From the NCBI GenBank assembly GCA_040768745.1, contig JAXGMI010000001.1, forward strand, positions 1,838,032 through 1,902,031: 64,000 nt of DNA, in the 5' to 3' direction. A model generated the notes under the pieces. The model ran no database searches, was not told the DNA's origin, and saw only the letters and a program-made list of their open reading frames with translations. The stretch is from Desulfomicrobium sp. Lineage in GTDB: Bacteria > Desulfobacterota > Desulfovibrionia > Desulfovibrionales > Desulfomicrobiaceae. Within the stretch, counting starts at the first letter, position 1. Each line of letters opens with the position of its first letter. Both the position numbers and the translations under genes were made by a program. Below are positions 62,846-64,000 of the stretch, one piece after another.

Positions 62846-63916
62846 ATGCCCGGAAAACATGGTAAACGCTGGCGCGGAGAAGTCCGTAAGTATGGTCAGC
62901 GAAAGACAAAGGTCTTTGACAAACGAAAAGATGCCCTGGAATGGGAAATATTGACTGAAAAGCGCATCATCGAGGCTCATCAGCAGGAACAGAAGCTCAT
63001 GGTCAAGGATCCGGACGGCTTGCTGTTCGGCCCCTCTTATGAGGAGTATCTTGATGAGGTCAAATCGACAATGTGTGAGAAGACGTACAAGGAAAAGGTC
63101 GCGGTAGGGAAAAAGTTCATTTCCTTTGTCGGCGGACCAAGCATGCTGATTCGTGAACTCATGCGGGTTCACGTTAAACAGTATATGAACATGGAAGCCA
63201 AAACGCGATCAGGCAATGCTGTGAACAAAGACAGAAAAAATCTGCTCGCTTTTTGGAATTGGCTCATGCAGACTTATGAACTGGATTTGCGAAATCCTTT
63301 CAACGTCAAAAAGAAGCCGGAAGTGCGTCATCCCCGGTACGTCCCTCCTTTTAACGATTTCCAAAAAGTTGTTGAGCAGGCTGCGCCTGGACAGGACCGT
63401 ATTCTGCTACAGGTATACTTTCTAACTGCCGCCCGAAAAAGTGAGATCGTCAAGCTGGCATGGGAGCATGTCAACTTCGAACTTATGCAGATTGGGTTGA
63501 TGACTCGAAAGCGAGAAAACGGGAATTATGAGTTGGATTGGCAGGCAATGAGTTCAAATCTGGCGACAGAACTGATGAAACAGAAATTGGTTACAGGAAG
63601 AGGCGAGCATGTGTTCGTCAATCCCCGCAAAGGTCGAGGTTTTCTTGATCGTCGTAATTGGTTGCGGAATCTGTGCGATGCTGCCGGGGTGAAACGGTTT
63701 GGCTTTCACGGTATCCGGCATCTTGCCGCACATATCGCGATTCTTACGGAATCAATGACTTTGCCGGACATTCAGCACCTCCTTCGGCACGAGTCAATTT
63801 TGACAACCCAGACGTATGTCAAACAGGTCCGGAAGGGGGCCAAGGCTTCAGAGGTCCTGGGAGACTATTTGAAAACTGCCACATGGCGCTGCCACATGGC
63901 GGTGAATGAGGGCTAG
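62846..63916 (+). CDS. Tyrosine integrase
   Basis: TAARKSE, TRK, HGIRH, LRH, TY catalytic set; SD GGAGG; adjacent to a tRNA 3' end. Confidence 0.92.
   Translation: MPGKHGKRWRGEVRKYGQRKTKVFDKRKDALEWEILTEKRIIEAHQQEQKLMVKDPDGLLFGPSYEEYLDEVKSTMCEKTYKEKVAVGKKFISFVGGPSMLIRELMRVHVKQYMNMEAKTRSGNAVNKDRKNLLAFWNWLMQTYELDLRNPFNVKKKPEVRHPRYVPPFNDFQKVVEQAAPGQDRILLQVYFLTAARKSEIVKLAWEHVNFELMQIGLMTRKRENGNYELDWQAMSSNLATELMKQKLVTGRGEHVFVNPRKGRGFLDRRNWLRNLCDAAGVKRFGFHGIRHLAAHIAILTESMTLPDIQHLLRHESILTTQTYVKQVRKGAKASEVLGDYLKTATWRCHMAVNEG
63876..63901 (+). repeat. Tandem 13-bp repeat, probable arm-type site
   Basis: CTGCCACATGGCG x2, ~65 bp from the tRNA end. Confidence 0.6.
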
Positions 63917-63921
63917 GAAAG

Positions 63922-63956
63922 AAAAAAGGGATTTCAGTAACACACTGAAATCCCTT
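63922..63956 (-). terminator. Terminator-like hairpin downstream of the tRNA
   Basis: AAGGGATTTCAGT-N4-ACTGAAATCCCTT with A-run on the left (U-tract on minus strand). Confidence 0.7.
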
Positions 63957-63965
63957 GCTTTCTAA

Positions 63966-64000
63966 TGGCGGGGCCGATGGGACTCGAACCCACGGCCTCC
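63966..64000 (-). tRNA. tRNA 3' portion, probably tRNA-Asp (truncated by window; may be an att copy)
   Basis: Minus strand GGAGGCCGTGGGTTCGAGTCCCATCGGCCCCGCCA; anticodon lies outside the window. Confidence 0.75.

Overview
GC-rich window of a sulfate-reducer-type chromosome; gene content and order suggest Desulfovibrionales, possibly Desulfomicrobium-like (inference). 1-52.5 kb is mostly core genome: rnk with a candidate leader-peptide attenuator; GDSL hydrolase, lysE/argO, alaX and a cobD-cobQ fusion; nrfHA; a TetR gene whose HlyD/ABC operon has collapsed and is followed by CBS-HPP-hcp-DUF488; gluQ; an Ehr-type (hydrogenase-4-like, NiFe-ligand-less) complex with an embedded HTH-PTS IIA gene; the dcw cluster (mraZ to ftsZ); an amino-acid ABC transporter; usp, moaC, dnaJ, rpoZ, ttcA-like, TraB-like and MATE genes. 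52.6-64 kb is an integration hotspot between convergent tRNA-Leu(TAA) and a probable tRNA-Asp. It holds a decayed primase/DUF927 satellite-like element with an intact integrase, the stub of a second tRNA-Leu element, an IS21 lacking a target duplication, and a small int/xis element. Next to that element is a ~360-nt hairpin-dense, terminator-bounded segment that looks like the 3' part of a large structured ncRNA, the most interesting signal here. All family calls come from motif recognition by eye; no database searches were run.
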